64,000 bases of DNA from the NCBI GenBank assembly GCA_047967505.1, contig CM106538.1, one strand, 5' to 3'. Below the pieces are notes generated by a model that was given only the letters and a program-made list of their open reading frames with translations, did no database searches and was not told where the DNA came from. The translations under genes and the position numbers were made by a program. Every line of letters begins with the position of its first letter. The stretch's first letter is position 1. This document shows positions 37,886-51,950 of the stretch, in pieces. Origin of the DNA: Dipteris shenzhenensis. Its lineage: Eukaryota.

Positions 37886-39724
37886 TCGCCGTTTCCCTTT
37901 CTTCAGTACCCTCCTTGACCCCTCTTTACCCAACATCGCATTTGCTCGCCCCACGTTTGCTTTTAAAGTGCTCTCTGGCTGCTCCCAAGTGCCCCACTCT
38001 CAACACCCTTCTCTTCTCATAAGCACACCCCCTCCCCGATCACCTCCAACCCCACCCCATCCTAGCTTATCACAATGTTGAGGTGAGTTCCTCCTCAGAC
38101 CTTTTCACAGCCCCACCTTGCCCATGTCATACATGTTGTAAGCATCGTTCGATTCTACATGCATTGCTTGCATTCCATTAACTATAGTTTATGTCCAACG
38201 AGCAAGCTAGTAGAATTTTATCGACACATTGAAGATGTCTTTTAGATGCACCTCTTTATGTACTAAAACTCATAAAACTTTATGAAGCAAAATTGACTCC
38301 ATGATGCCCAACTAAATGCCAAATTCAAATCAAAATCTCAACTCACCTCTCAATTCCAAAGAGGGATAAAATTCCACTTCAATGCCAAATTCATATTTAA
38401 ATTTTATACTCACCTCTCAATTCCAAAGAGGGATAGAAATGATTGTGTCACCTTTCCATAGCTCCACTAGTAGGCGCCCACAATGAGCTTTATTCGTGAA
38501 TTAACAATTAGTCAAAGGGGGAGCAATGGCGTTAACCTAAGCTTTGCCATGGCGATTAATCGACGGCGACAAATTAAGCATAGGGTTATGAAAATTTAAT
38601 AAGTCGGTTTCCAGAAGCTTCGTAAGGCCTCCTTTTCGAGAAACTACTTCTTTAAACCAAGCAACTATATAGAAGGGAAGGGAGAGAGCAGGAAGGGGGG
38701 CTGAGAGGAGAGAGGGGAGGGAGAGAGAGAGAGAGGAGGGAGAAAGAGAGGGGCAGGGAGAGCAGAGTAGTGAAACGAGCGAGAGCGAGACGAGCAGGGA
38801 GAGCAAAGCATAGAGGAGTGAGAGGGGAGGGATATATCTAAGTGGTGGAAGGGGGGGAATAATGGGAGAGGGGGTCGGTTGAGCTGAGGGAGAGGAGAGG
38901 GAGCGGAGTGAGGGAGAAAGGCGATGAGTGGGAGGGGCGGCAAGGCAAGGCAAGGTGCAAGGAGGAGGATCAAAGGCGACGAGGTTAGGCACTTAGGGGA
39001 CTTAGGTTTCTAACTTAGATTAATTGGCTTCTGACAACTAATTAATTGGTCATCTCTCACCTTGCTCTCCCACCCAAAGCTCTCAAGCAGCCTCCCCACT
39101 TGAACCTCCCAGAATTTTGTTCACAACATTAGGAATAGGATGCAAGTGATTCAAGCTGAGAATCATTGTTAGACTAAGAGTTAGGAATTTTAGAAGTAGA
39201 GAGACACGTTAGGAAATATGGAATAGTATCCACATACATACAATCCATTTCATGCATTTTGTAAGTGTTCTTAGAGTTCTACATACATGGCATCCATTTT
39301 CTTAACTCTAGTTCATGTCAAAATGAGCACATTCATAGATGATTGCAATAGAACAGAGCAAGGTATAGGTTAAAGCCATAAGAAATGTACACTAGAGTGG
39401 TGCTAACCCTAACGGCTTGTTCATCCCATGTCAACCACTAACAAGTTCTATATAATAGGATTCCTAACAAAGATGATATATTTTTCAAACTGTGTTCGTT
39501 TATGTGCTTGTCAAGATTTTTACTTTCAAAGTTTTTACATTTCAGTGTATCAAATTTAAACAACATGCAATCGTAATGAAATCACATATTCAAGTTTGCA
39601 AATAAGAAGTATATAACATTCAATACATGAAGTTTGGAACCATGTAGAAAAAGATACTTTAATATATTCTTGGACAATAGATCGATGAATCGAGAGCAAA
39701 AAAATAAGATCATGGTAGGTGTTT

Positions 39725-40421
39725 ACATTAGGAAAAAAGGGAGCTCATTTTGGGGCCCTGTAAGAAATTCACTATTTTCTCTTTTCTCTCTCTACAAAAG
39801 CAAGAAAATATGGATACTTGCGTGAGAAATGTCAATGTGAAAAGGAATAAATATATTCTTTCACATGCTTTAAATTCAATGTTCATATAAGAGCAATACT
39901 TTTTTGTGCAGAATTTGGTGATTCTGACACCGCAGATGCTTCCGGAACGGCCCAAAACCCCAAGAACGGCACTGGAAATGCTGGAATCGGACATCCAGAG
40001 GCCCAGAAATGGCCAAAAAAGGCCGAAAAGTGAGATTTGCAGAAAAATACCTTTTCGGCCTTTTTTGGCCGTTTCTGGGCCTTTTTTGGCCATTTCTCGA
40101 CCTTTCTGGCCGTTTCTGGGCCTCCGGGTGTCCGATTCCAGCGTTTCCAGTGCCATTCTTGGGGTTTTGGGCCGTTTCGAACGCGTCTGCGGTGTCAGAA
40201 TCACCAAATTCTGTACATAAAATAAATTTTTTAAAGATTCAAATTAGATCACCTCATTAATGTGACATGCTTCTATGAACATATAGTACTATTTCTTTTT
40301 CTTATTTTCATCTTCTTTTGTTGAATTTTCAACGTTACATTGGCCCACTCCTGATTGGTTGAAAGCTTATTTTCTCTCTCTTCTAAAAGGCCCCAAAATG
40401 AGCTCCCTTTTTTCCTAATGT
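39725..40421. mobile_element. MITE/foldback-like element with perfect 33 bp terminal inverted repeats and an internal long hairpin
   Basis: acattaggaaaaaagggagctcattttggggcc (39725-39757) is the reverse complement of 40389-40421. Inner inverted repeat at 39905-40217. No clear TSD. Confidence 0.75.
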
Positions 40422-41194
40422 GGTCTGAAATCTATGTAATTAATGATATAGCATATGAGAATTGTGTACTATAAAGGTGAAGTACTAGAAAAACAAGTCA
40501 TAAGTATGCTTATTGCTTGTGAGAAGGCAATTTAATCTCTTCATCCTGATTCCCTAGCCTACTCCAAAACCCTAGAATTAAAATTTCTCACAATATCTTT
40601 ATTGGCCCTTTTCCTCCTCTCTAACTTAAAAGCTAAGACCAATTTATTTAAGCAACTACATCTTCTAAAATGAAGAGAGATACTCTCTCTCTCTCTCTCT
40701 CTCTCCCTCTCTCTCTCTCCAAATTGTGGATCCATCTCCTATCATCCAACTTCATTCGCAAATTGTCTTGCATCTTTGATTGGGCCATCTTTTTCTTTTC
40801 GTTGATACATTATATCTCTTTATATGTGTCCTTTTATAATACATGCTTGCTATGTTCTTTGATATATAAATCATGCACATAGTATTCAAAGTACAAATTG
40901 AACTAAAGTTGCAAATATGACCATTCTAGCTATATTTAAGCATGATAAATCAAGTATTGTTTCTTGAAAATTTCATCATTAGAGAAACCAATTCATATAA
41001 AGCAATATATAGAATTGAAATAAAATGATGAATTCTCTAGATATGGCATACCTCCACCATAGGCTCGATGCCTTTTGCTTGTACAGTGTCTCAAAGAATA
41101 GTATATCCTAGTAGGTAGCCTACTCCCTCTCTACCTTAGTGCGCTCTCATCCAAAATACTTAAGTTAAAAATATAATAGTTTCAAATGAGTGAC

Positions 41195-42250
41195 AATGTC
41201 CCTCCAATGCCCAAGAGTTTGGGTGGGTTGGGCATTGTCAACATTGAGAAATCATTAGTCAAGTTTATGGGGCCATGGATCTTAAAGGACTAGCTCAATC
41301 TTGAAGGTAAGATGGAATATCACTAAGGTTAAGCCTCCGCACTATAAGCACTAGAAGTTCTTCTCATAAGGATTATCTATTTTTGGAGGTGAGCTGTGTA
41401 TGGCTAAATGCTCGAAGTTATGGAACGATATGTGTAGAGCTTGGGAGAGACTGAGGCCCTTGATGGTGTGGAAAGGTTTCTCCAAGAAGGCAGACACTTT
41501 TTGTAGGAAAGATTCTATTGGTTTTTGCTAATATGGAGGGATTTCTCCAATTGAATAAAAAAGGAGTTAAATTCTAGTAGGACTTATGGGATAGACCCAC
41601 TACTTCCTAGAAAGATGGTCAAATTTTGGTAAGAGCCTACAAGCTCAACAGGTTTGACTTGTTACTTATTTAGGAGCAAAGGAGATTGTGGGATAGGGAA
41701 TCCTTGGCATGGATGGGGGTAAGAATCCCACCTTCACCCAAAGAGTTTAGGTGGTCACGCTTGAACAATCTTTTCATCATTTTCCACTAAGTTTAGACTA
41801 CCAAGAGGATCTAGTGATCACCCTTAATAAAAGATGGCACCAAATGGACTCTGTGATATAGTGGATGGCTAGATTTGGAGAGTTTGGACCAAGAACATTC
41901 CTAAAAAATAGGGGTGCTTATTGTGGCTAATATTGCACAAGGCAGTTTGGACCTCTAGTAGAGCTAGAGTGATTGGTCTTAGCGAGGGCACGTGCAAGAC
42001 ATGCAATAAAGACCTAGAGGATATTCCTCACTTATTCATGAACTCCCCTCACTCCCTCTACATATGGAACATGATTCAGAGGCAAATTGTATCCTTCCCT
42101 TTCATTTTGTTGGGCGATAAGCCATCTAGAATGCAAGAGAACTGGACAAAGATCCATAGGTAGGATCTATAGAATATTTGGTTATAATGATGCTATAATC
42201 TTTTTTGAAATGAGTAAGTTGATGCAAGACAAGCCTTTCTAAGATGGTGG
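41195..42250 (+). mobile_element. Degenerate LINE 3' fragment (zf-RVT region)
   Basis: PKSLGGLGIVNIE and WLILHKAVWT..CKTCNKDLEDIPHLF. Confidence 0.7.
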
Positions 42251-43519
42251 CAATGTACATGTGCAGATAAAAATCTGGAAATCCTTTAGAATCTTTCCCA
42301 TCAACTACATGAATGCCTGGAAAGGAGGTGGCCATGGCTAATACTCAAGTCAATCTGAGAATAAAACATGGAACCTACTAGCAAATGTTTTAGATGCAAT
42401 ACAAAAAGTAGACATAACAAATGTGCCTCACGCTCGAGAGGCCACTGAGAAATTGAAGCAAAGCAAAGGTGAAGGCAATCTTGGTAAGAAGGTCTAGGGT
42501 CCTCTTGACAGAGACTTTTCCCCACAACGTCCTCTAAACTAGGTGGCACGATGCTTCTTCCCCACTAGAAAGAGCTATTGAGATGCTCGTCAAGTATAAA
42601 GGACTAGGACACCACAAACTACTATAGAAGGAAGTAGAAAATCAGATCAATTGCAGCAAAGCTATTGGAGAAAAGGGTACATTTCCAAATCCAACAGTGG
42701 CCACACTGGGTCCAACATCAGGCCCTATCCTTGTTAGTGTTGTCAAGCCCTATCCTTGTTAGTGCTAATGTTGTGTTTCACCCGAAGCTACATTTCAAGA
42801 GGAAGAAGAGTGACACTATGTGCTTTTCAAGATTGGTGCTTTCATATGTACTCATCGATGGTATATCACAATTGGTGCTATCAAATCTCCCCTTTTTTGG
42901 ATGTTATGGGGCAAAGTAACACTTTTGTAAAAAGAAAAATATTGACGTACTATAATGTAAACCCTCTTTTCATGGAAAAAAAATCAGTGACAATGATTGA
43001 ACTAGAGAAGAGACATAAAATAGTACTTATATGTACAAATTGAGAAATGAAGGTGCACCTTCCTCATTTTCCCAAGTGTGTCACTACTCCCATTTGCATC
43101 CTTGTTTTTGTTGCATTTTTTGGATTGTCCAATCAGTATGAGAATCACCCCTCTATTGACATGGGATGGGAGAAAACCTTCTTAGCTAGCTACGTTTAGC
43201 ACCACTACTTTTAGTTCTATGTAGCTTTATACAATTCAAAGCCGAACCCATATTCTCCTAGAGTCTTACCATCCTTCATATGCATAACTGCTTCTATTTG
43301 TTCCTTTAGTGTCAAAGGGGCATACATAAGGGATGATTCATACTCTTAGAGAGAGTTTTTCCTCTTGGAAGAGCTACAAATATCTTAATCCTTGTTGTCT
43401 CTATGCCAACATGGACTTAGGTAGCATAGAATGTGTGTGTAGAGTAGCGGTAAAGCTCCACTTATACTTGCATAAGACTAAGGAATAATCTCTCTTAGGA
43501 ATCCTCAACATACATCTCC

Positions 43520-43700
43520 AACATGCAAGTCCTACATGCAAATCCTACATGCATATTCTATATGCAAGTTCTACATATGATTCCTACATGTAGTTTGTAC
43601 ATGCAGCTCCTACATGCATGTCCTACATGCAAGTTCTACATATAATTCCTACATACTCCTACATGCAACTTGTAACTCCTACTTGCAAGTTCTACATGTA
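43520..43700. repeat. Minisatellite with a unit of about 14 bp (tcctacatgcaagt)
   Basis: About a dozen degenerate units. Confidence 0.85.
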
Positions 43701-43759
43701 GAGACAGAATGTCTTATAATTCCTACATGCAGAGAGAGAAGCTCTCCAACTTGTACAAA

Positions 43760-44210
43760 TACCCCATAATGGAATGAAGCCCATACTCTTTGGGGCATTG
43801 TGTTGAGTTATACTTTGGTATTCCAAGCAATTGTCTCCACGTGTACATCCTTCCTTGCACTCCACGTCCAAAAGGATGTCCTAATCTTGCAACTCCTCCA
43901 ACCTTGCAACCCATCCTCTCCCTCTCCTCCTCCCTCCTCCTCCTCCCTTCTCCTCCCTCCTCCTCCTCCCTTCTCCACCCTCTCCTCCTCCCTTCTCCAC
44001 CCTCTCCTCCTCCCTTCTCCTCTTACACCTTCTTTCTCTCCCCCTCCTATGCTTCCCCTACACCCTTAGTCCCTCAACCCTTGACCTCCATGATCTACGA
44101 GGGAGACGAGTTCTCTACTCTACCACATGAACCTTGGATCCTCTGTCTGAACCCTGAACCTCTTCTAAACCTTGGAACCTCCTTCTAAACTCTGAACCTC
44201 CATGTACTAA
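43760..44210 (+). mobile_element. Diverged relative of the CCT-rich LTR family
   Basis: aatggaatgaagc..actctttgggg, the CCT tract and ccctcaaccctt..ggagac match 59550-60025. Confidence 0.6.
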
Positions 44211-44480
44211 CTTTCACGAGCATAGCACTCAAGGGCAAGGAGAGTTTTTTATTTAATCCAACTCTAGCCAAACATATCAACCCAAGCATCAACCTTGGGT
44301 TACTACCTTAACGAATTATCTTTATTTCTTAAAAAGAAACCACTTGAAGAAAAAACCAAGCTGTGTAATGGACACAAATGCGTAGAGCTTGCAATTTCAA
44401 ACATTTCACCTTTTTACAGAAGAGCGATCTGAGCTAACCATGAAAAGTTATGGCCTAGGAAGAGTTTAGGAATAGAGTTT

Positions 44481-46912
44481 ACTTGCGCCAAATACTGATA
44501 AACTAAAGAAAATTTATGTAGTCCATGCAGCCGAGGGTGAATGATTAGAGGAGATGGAGTTTTCTTAGAAGATTGAAATGCATTAATATGGTTGAGTGAG
44601 CAACTCTTTTTGCATGGACTTAGAGTTCGCAATTGACACATCACTTTATGTGCAGGGCACCACCACCAGCCTAGAGAGTGTGAGACACCTCTTAGAGGTT
44701 TATTTTAGTGCTTTGGAAGCCAAGGTCAACTGGTATAAATTGGTAGTTTTCCTCATAGCATTAGAGAAAGTGCTTCCATAGGGGGTTGCAATCTTGACTT
44801 CAATTGGATACCCTGATGTTAGACCATGCGTTACTTGGACTGGTAGGTGCATTTGGATATTCCAATAGATAAGCAAATAGCCTCGGTACAAGAGATCATG
44901 GAAGGAAGTTTCTTTACAGAAGCTCTCAGCTAGGCTTTCCCTTATAGGTAGAGCAATTTTTGTGAGCCAAATTCTCCACAACAAGGTACATCGCATTGAG
45001 ATGGTACTTCATAGAGGTTGTATTGGACAGATTAGGAGGTTAGTCTGAAACTTTTTTTGGGCAGGTTTAGATGGCCCACACACAACCACAGCAAGGATTT
45101 CTTGACAGATTGTAACATTCCCCCAAGCAGAGGGAGGGCTGAGCGAAGATGATTGTGTGTGTGTACACCTAGCTGCTGGCCTTCATGTCAATTTTCAAAA
45201 ATCTCACTTGTTTCCTTTGCATTCTAAAGATTGGCATAGTCTAGTATGGACAGGGAAAATCATCTCGCCCAATCAGTTGATACGCCATCTTGATTATCAT
45301 CTGGGTTGGTCAATTACTCATCGTCAACAAATTGATTGGGTTCTTGTTAAATTAATGAAAAAGTTAGAATATTGGAAGTGAGTGACTTGGCCTTTGCATG
45401 TCTAGCTCAGAATTGTTCAATCTATTTTACTGGCCTACATTCAATTTTACCTACCATTGATCTTTTTTACCAATGGATACATTACATCCTTTATGTCCAC
45501 CATCATGGAAATTTGTTGTCGTTCAAAGCATGGCAGGAAAAGTTTGCGCTTGCTTCCAGTACAGCGGTTATGTTCACCAAAATTGCATGGGGGCTTGAAT
45601 ATTCTCAACACGTGCACATTCTGGCTCATAAAGGAAAAATGATGCTACCATTTATACATGGTGATCATCCTTGGGCTACAATGATGCACCATTTACTCCT
45701 TCAACTTACTTCTCGTACATTTGGCTATTGGTAGCCCTCTCAGTGGGATTTTCTGTTGGGTAATATTGAAGGCAAGGTCAAAGGCTTCCCTATTGTTACT
45801 CAAATGTTTTTGGATTGGAAACATATTCCCACATTTGGCTTGGCATAGCCAGGATTACTTCTACAGTAAATCTCTGAGAGCGGGAAGCATCCACTAGTTG
45901 AGTTTTTCCTAGCCATTGGCTTTACCAGAGCCCAGACGCTCGTATTTTCTTAATTCAAAAGGAATTTCCTCTGTGGCAGATGCCATTCATGATGATGGCA
46001 CTCTTTTATTCTTCCCTTTGGCTACTGGAAAATATGGTTTGGGAATGCATTATCACCCTCTATGGCAGATTATTACTCGGATGCTTCAGCCATTTCAGCC
46101 AGTACCCCCTTTGGAACTTCAAGATAGCCTTCAGCATTGGACTCTTCTTCTAGTACACTCTCCATTCTTCCTTTGAAGCTGTCTCATATAACACTCTCAT
46201 CTTTATATAAAGTTCTATTGTCTCCACCCTAGGCATCGAATAGGGCTAATCAAATTTGGCCTTTGCATCGTCAAATGGTGGAGAAAAAGATTGAAATAGA
46301 TTTGGCACTTCAAGGTCCCTCTACGACAACAACTTTTTCCATGGCATGCTTTGTTGGAGGTTTCTGTCTGGATAGCTTTTATCATGTAGACGTATTGCTC
46401 TAGCTATTTGCATAGATGTTTAGCTCCAAGGGAATTTGTATCTCATATTTTTTGGCACTACCCCAAGACATGGAGCTTCTTGGGCATCCTTTGGCAGAGA
46501 TTTCCTCAGGCTTCTTTTGGCAAGCTTTTTTGGCTATTTGGGATCTATCCTCGACAGCCAGATTTTGAGTTGTTATTTACCTGGGTTCACTACTGAGCAC
46601 TCTAGAAATATAGAAATTAGAGTCTTTGGTGATAAAGTTTTTTCTACTTTTGTTTTCTTCTATTGTTCTTTGCAGCAATCGCTCTTCGATTGTCTGCAAA
46701 CTCACTACGTAGATCATGATGTATATTTATCCTACACTGAGATTTTCTCTTGGTGTAAGCTTTTGGCTTATCAGACCTTTTGGGTTACCAGTTTTCTGGG
46801 ATAGCTATCTTATAATATAAAGTCTTCAAAGTTTTCACTCTTTAAAAAAAAAGAATGTATATCTTTTCTAATGAATACTACCTTCTTACAAAAAAAAAGA
46901 GCACGCATGCAC

Positions 46913-46950
<38 letters not shown>

Positions 46951-47214
46951 CATATGGGGATGATTCCTTTTTCTTGCCCCAAAACACTAAAAGGGATCTT
47001 TCATGCCTCATGCATGCTTTATCTGTATAAGGTTTGGTTGCGTGTCTGCATGTAAATTTTCAAAAATCTAAAACTTTTGCCTCTCCATGATAAAGTTTGG
47101 CATCATATATTATGGCCGGGGGGCATTGTTTTACCCACACAGCTTGTTAGGCATCTTGGTTACCTTTGGGATAGAGGGTCACTCGTTGTCAGCAAAGGAA
47201 TGGGTTCTTGACAT
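44481..47214 (+). repeat. Copy 2 of the duplicated LINE-mosaic block
   Basis: Colinear with 18353-21019 and retains about 107 bp (44548-44654) that copy 1 lacks. Confidence 0.9.
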
Positions 47215-50200
47215 CGGAGGCCGCTCAAGTGACACTTGCAGACGACTCGTGCTATGCATTGCTCCCACAAGGAGTAGCTCAAAGTGGAGGCTCCATTGGC
47301 ATATCTTCAACATCCCCACAACACGTGAGTCTCCACCGAGACCCACAACCCATAGCACATGCCAGGCTAGCTCAACACCATCCAAGGCTGATCTTCGAGA
47401 AGTGCCAGAGTACTTCAAGAACTACACAAGTGGTAGTGTCCCCCTAGCAATGCCAAGGCCCGTAAGAGAATCTGAAGTGCAAGAAACTGATAATATTTGA
47501 GAGACTTCAATCAATGAGGGACCGGCCAAAACTCACACAATAAACCTCACCCTTGAAGAAGAGGAAGAAAAATTGGTATTCATTGTGGGAAATAGCTTAC
47601 ACAAGAAGATGAAACAAAACTCAAAGCACTCCTAATAGAATACCGACACTACCTAGCATGGTCATACAATGAAATGAAGGGAATTTCACTAGAAGTGGTA
47701 GTACACACGATACCTATTAGGGAAGGTGCCCACCCTAAGATATGTGGACCTTATTGAACAAATCCAAAATATGGCACCATGGTCTATGATAAACTAGAAA
47801 AACTCTTAGATGCCCGATTCATCTATGAGATAGAGCACACTGATTGGGTTTCACCCATCTTTATCGTATCTAAATGCAACAAGAATCTAAGAATATGCGT
47901 TAAATTAAAGAATGTGAATGCTGCCACAATCAGGGATCACTATCCCCTACCCTTAACAGAAACAATGTTGGAAAAGGTGGCTAGATCAGAGATATGCAGC
48001 TTCTTGGATGGCTTTAGTGGCTATAACCAAGTGCAAATTGCTCCTATAGACCAATCAAAAATAGCATTTGCAACAGAATGGGGTATATTTGCCAATAGAG
48101 TCATGCCATTCTGCCTTTGTAATGCCCTAGTCACATTCCAGAGAGTCATGTTTACAGCTTTCAAGTCATTTTTGAATATGTTTCTACAGGTGTTCTTGGA
48201 TGATTTGTGCATCCACTCGATCAAAAAAGACAATTCAAATGTCTTGAAGCAGTTCTAATCAAATGCAGGGAGTATGGCATCTCCCTAAATCCAACAAAAT
48301 GCCAGTTCATGGTCACCAATGGAGTTGTTTTGGGACACATAGTTTCTCAACATGGGATTGCCACACTGTCATGGACAAAATCAAAATCATCATGGAATTG
48401 CCTTCTCCTACAAATTCCAAATGTGTTCAAAGTCTTTATGGGACATGCTAGCTATTATAGACGATTTATCTTGCAGTATGCCATGATAGCTAGACCACTT
48501 TACAAATTATTAGTGGAATTCTTATGGACAAAAGAGTGTGATCAACCTTTGAGCTTTTAAAGTGGTTGCCTAATCACAACACCCATCCTTATATCTCCCA
48601 AGTGGGATATTGATTTTCATGTTCATACTGATGGATCCAAGTATCCAATTGGGAGTGTGCTTTGTCAACTTGGTGAACATAAGAAAGACTACCCATTCTA
48701 CTTTGCCGACTACAACTCAATGATGCAGAGATCAACTATACCATGACAGAAGGAGAAGCCCTGTCAATGGTGTATAGTGTTAAAAAATTTTAACACTATC
48801 TACTGGAAAATGACTTTGTCTTCTATATCGACCATCAAACATTACTTTATCTTGTGAACCATTCGTGTATAATAGGAAGAATAACCAGGTGGCTCCTCTT
48901 GCTTCAAGAATTCAAATTCAAAATAGTGGTTCACAAAGGTGCCCAACACTACATTGCCGATCACATGTCTCATGTCAAGTCGAGAGAAGAAGCCACTGGA
49001 GTAGAAGATGACTTGCCAAATGCCACACTATTTCATATAGATGATGTTCCAGATTGGTGTGTAGATATCATTGGGTACTTAAGGGCAGGAAGACCACCCC
49101 CTAAGATGAAAGCAGTAAATGCCAGAAAACTAATTTTAAAAGCTGCACCCTATCAACTCATTGTAGGACAACTATACAAGATGGGCAAGGACCAGGTTTT
49201 AAGAAGATGTGTAATGCCTCATGAGATCATGCCAATCCTTAGTGAAGTCCATGAAGGCATTGTAGGAGGACACTTCTAAGGGAAAGCCATAGCAATAAAA
49301 ATTCTCGCAGGATACTGGTGGCCAACACTTTGGGCAAATGCCTATGAATATGTCGAAAGCTATGATATATGCCAACGGACTACTAAACCACAACACAAAG
49401 TCTTCAATCCCCTAACAACAGTTGTTGTACAAAAGCCATTTGAAAAATAGGGGATTATTATGTGGGTCCCATCCCATCTAGTAAAGAAGCAAAGGGAGCA
49501 TAGGCATGCTACATCATTGTGGCCACTGATTACTTTACCAAATGGACTGAAGCTAAAGCAATTAGTTGGATAGAGGCATGCATTTTGTCAATGAGGTTAT
49601 CCAAGAACTCTTGTCTAGCTTTATGGTAATCCATAAAAAAAGCACACCTTACTAACTTCAAGGGAATGGAGGGGCCAAATCCACCAACAAAATATTATGC
49701 ATTATCCTCACCAAGGTAGTAGAACCACAGTGTTCTGATTGCGCAGAGAAACTAAATGCAGCCTTATGGGCATACCGAACCGTACTCAAGGTCAGTACAG
49801 GGAACACACCTTTTCAATTGGTGTACAGCCTTGAAGCTATGGTCCCATTCAAATTTGTAACACCAAGTCTATACATAGCAGTATAGGAATGCGTGGGAGA
49901 TCATGCATCCCTGAAAGAAAGACTCTATCAATTGGAGAAGCTGCCTACCATGCCATGACAATAGAAAAACGCAAAAGAAAGGCATGGTTTGATAGAAACC
50001 TTAAAGCCAAAGACATTAAGGAAGGTGACCTAGTCTTATTATATAAATGCAAGGGAAAACTCAAGTAGCTAGGTCAAGGACCCTATCGAGCAAGAAAAAT
50101 GAATCCCATTGGAGCTGTGCTGCTAGAAACATTGGATGGATTCCAATTCAACCGAACCATAAACGGAAGCTGACTGAAGTGCTACTACATCAACACGCAA

Positions 50201-51950
50201 GCCATCCCCAGCAAAAATGAAGATTTGGGAACACTATCTTCTTTAGTTAGTATTAGGTTGTATCATGAGCACTCACTTTCATATGTATGTCTTCGCACAT
50301 ATAGGTAGCATCAATCGATTTCAACCTATGCTTGAGTCCTAGCTACCCTATGAAATCCCAGCAACTACAAAAAAAAGCATATAGTTAGTCCCTACCTAGT
50401 TATGCCTAGACATATAGTCGATTGCATGAATAATTATGCCGCACACTTTCATTCCACACTCTCAAAGCATGTGTAAAAATAAGATCTCTCATAATACACA
50501 CACATGTGTCGTACCTGCATACCAACTAATCTAATGATCAATGGTTCACCATGTGAACATGGATGCAAGTTTAGAAACAATGCCACCACTAAAGAGGATG
50601 CGAAGAAAGAGCCCAACGCCTCAGCCACCACGAGATATCCTTTAGAGTTCGTAGCCATCCACCTCCTCTCAACCAAGGTGACCATAGGCATTTGTGGTTC
50701 AAAGCGATAGCTCTTAGGATGATTATGTGCATGACATGAAAATGCAAGAAGTACAAATTCCACCCAAGTCACGCCACCAACCTACACGACCATTTACGAG
50801 GCTTAATCCTTGGAGCTTGTGTGGCCACCTACATAGACTTATGCTCTTTCCAACACAACATCTTTCTTAGAGCAAAGGGGTCTTGTTAGTTTGTATGAGA
50901 GCCTAAAATCCTTGGAGGATAGTCCTACAATGACCACATACATCAGGGACCTTCTCCATTCTTGCCACTCTAGCGATGCACAGGTTGGCAAGTACAGCAC
51001 CATCACTGTACATCAGAGCCAACTCAACATTATCCTCGATAGTACACTAATTCAAAGGGCCTTCTCACTCCCAACTCAAGGTGCAAAATACCATACAAGG
51101 TTGCCAATGCTAAATTTCTCGAAATATAGCCTCTCCTTGCCAAGGGTACCAAGTTCCATAGGGACGGGATATTACTTCGCACCAGCATTAACCCCTGACT
51201 CAAGTAAGTAGCACAATTCCTATCCACAATCTTGGGGGTTACTACTAAACCCAAGTGATTGACTTACCATTGGAACAACCCCCAACAAGTACTACGGAAT
51301 CATCAGGATGGCTACACGAACACCAATCATATCAGCAGTATCGCCAATCCTCATCACCGTACAATTGAAGACTCTAGACAGTTACATGCCAAAGTAGTTA
51401 GTCTAAAAAGCACTAAAGGAAGTGGCCGGAGGACAAGTCAACTAGGCAAAGCTGTTGACTTTGTACATTCAAGACTAGGTGGAGAAGTTGAGGATAGACA
51501 TGCAAAAGGTGTGTCAAGACTCAAGTGGAAGTGCACCCATGCCTTCTCATACAAAGGGTCAAAGAGTTGCCAAGATAGACACCAACCAAAGCAACCAATC
51601 TACTAGACAAATTCTTTGTAGATTCATCATAAGGGTGAGGATTCTGAGATGATGATAGACGGACATGTGCCACAAGGCCTGGTAGTCGAGACCTACAACC
51701 ATGATGGTGGTTGGTGGGGATGTTAGGATAAGGATGGCTAAGGAGATTCGAGCACAAACACAAGTGGCTGAAGGAATCCAAGAAGAAGTCATGGCCAAAA
51801 TGCTATAAAAGGGCATGCCGTCTTTCATGACAAGGGTTGTTGGGTCACATAGGGGATAGACTATATATAACTAGATGGAGGCCGATGTAAAGGTCACCAA
51901 TTCGGTGTTGCACATGTGCAGTTAGGTCAGTCAATGCCCTCAATTGTAAA
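47215..51950 (+). mobile_element. Athila-like (non-chromovirus) Ty3/gypsy fragment: RT, RNase H, integrase, spacer, accessory ORF
   Basis: WVSPIFIV, RDHYPLP, FLDGFSGYNQ, FLDDL; GRITRWLLLLQEF; HEGIVGGHF; ALWAYRT. No additional RNase H was seen. Confidence 0.88.
50559..51900 (+). pseudogene. N-terminal part of the accessory ORF downstream of integrase
   Basis: MPPLKRMRRK..; FLEQRGLVSLYESLKS..KYSTITVHQSQLNIILDSTLIQRAFSLP, homologous to 57421-57890 (-). Confidence 0.6.

Noticed and set aside
39728-39748. TIR contains AAGGGAGCTC, resembling miR159/miR319, near a TCP gene
   Set aside because: The seed region does not match, the arm order is opposite to MIR319 precursors, and miR319 targets class II rather than class I TCPs.
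39728-40260. Mirror-image ORFs on both strands
   Set aside because: A by-product of the inverted repeat.
42885-42915. Polypurine-tract-like AAAAAGGGGAGAT (minus), similar to CAAAGGGGGAG at about 38514
   Set aside because: No LTR boundary or coding region could be tied to either site.
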